From Verrucomicrobiales bacterium (GTDB lineage: Bacteria > Verrucomicrobiota > Verrucomicrobiia > Verrucomicrobiales > DEV007), in contig JAPYUT010000009.1 in assembly GCA_029940475.1 (NCBI GenBank), positions 16,605 through 80,604 of the forward strand: DNA of 64,000 bases. Reading direction: 5' to 3'. This document shows, in pieces, positions 63,569 to 64,000 of the stretch. Numbering within the stretch: position 1 is the first letter of the stretch; each line of letters begins with the position of its first letter. The notes under the pieces were generated by a model. It was not told the DNA's origin. It saw only the letters and a program-made list of their open reading frames with translations, and made no database searches. The position numbers and the translations under genes are program-made.

Positions 63569-64000
63569 ATGCATTATCTTATTACCGGGGGTTGCGGGTT
63601 TATCGGCTCGCATTTTGTGCGCTTGCTGCTTGCAGAGGATGCGCAGTGTGAGGTTTCCAACGTTGACCTGCTGACCTACGCAGGTCGTGAAGAGAACCTT
63701 GAGGATGTCATTGCAGTGCACGCGGATCGTTATCATTTTTTCAAGAAGGACATTGCTGACGGGGCAGTGATGCGGGGGGTCTTCGAGTGTGGAAAGTTCG
63801 ACGCGATCATTAATTTCGCGGCAGAGTCACACGTTGACCGAAGCATCAGTGATCCGGACCGCTTCGTGCAGACCAACGTGGTCGGCACAGCAAACCTGGT
63901 TGGCCTGGCGCGGGAATTTAACGTGGCGCGGTTTATTCAGGTTTCCACTGATGAGGTATACGGTTCGCTGCAGGCGGAGGATGAATCATTTACCGAGACC
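63569..64000 (+). CDS. rfbB: dTDP-glucose 4,6-dehydratase, N-terminal 144 codons; continues past the right edge
   Basis: Absent from the track because it runs off the window. The ATG at 63569 gives MHYLITGGCGFIGSHFVRLLL...NVDLLTYAGREENL...IINFAAESHVDRSI...FIQVSTDEVYGS. Confidence 0.9.
   Translation, partial: MHYLITGGCGFIGSHFVRLLLAEDAQCEVSNVDLLTYAGREENLEDVIAVHADRYHFFKKDIADGAVMRGVFECGKFDAIINFAAESHVDRSISDPDRFVQTNVVGTANLVGLAREFNVARFIQVSTDEVYGSLQAEDESFTET

Noticed and set aside
1-64000. Search for tRNA, rRNA, tmRNA/RNase P/SRP-like RNAs, CRISPR repeats, IS elements, integrases and toxin-antitoxin pairs.
   Set aside because: Nothing was recognisable by eye in any intergenic region. No periodic direct repeats occur apart from the 18-bp duplication in yajC. 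No transposase- or integrase-like ORFs were seen. Absence by eye is not proof, so tRNAscan-SE and Infernal should be run.

Overview
Dense, moderately GC-rich bacterial chromosomal window (GC not computed) with about 58 supportable protein genes on both strands. I found no rRNA, tRNA, CRISPR array, transposase or phage genes. The gene content points to a PVC-group organism, most likely Verrucomicrobiota. Supporting genes are a DUF1549/DUF1553 + DUF1501 pair, an ECF sigma with a FecR/LamG anti-sigma, an H-X9-DG pseudopilin-like protein, a PEP-CTERM protein, a five-domain lamin-tail-domain protein, an arylsulfatase and two SASA-type acetylesterases. Housekeeping content: tgt-yajC; maf-trkA; metH; fabF; apt; a ccsA-like-hemA-hemC-cobA/hemD operon; rpsU; secDF; a MetE-like core; leuCD; and the start of rfbB. 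Larger modules: a 10-gene Mrp-type antiporter cluster in the order E-F-G-(small A)-B-C-D-D-x-(A/L-like), and a cluster of acidic Roadblock-like protein, ExbB, ExbD, TonB-like protein and zinc-ribbon protein. The most interesting observation is a probable exported thioredoxin-fold selenoprotein on the minus strand at 20303..20686. An in-frame TGA sits in a U-x-x-C motif between a signal peptide and the 82-aa ORF of the track, with a nested stem-loop immediately 3' of it. Other points worth a second look: a C-terminal module shared by three otherwise unrelated secreted proteins; a lipoprotein-like N-terminal extension on SecDF; and a 787-bp non-coding gap with repeated TTTGTGAA motifs and a perfect 14-bp inverted repeat. 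All functional calls come from motif recognition by eye. No database search was run.
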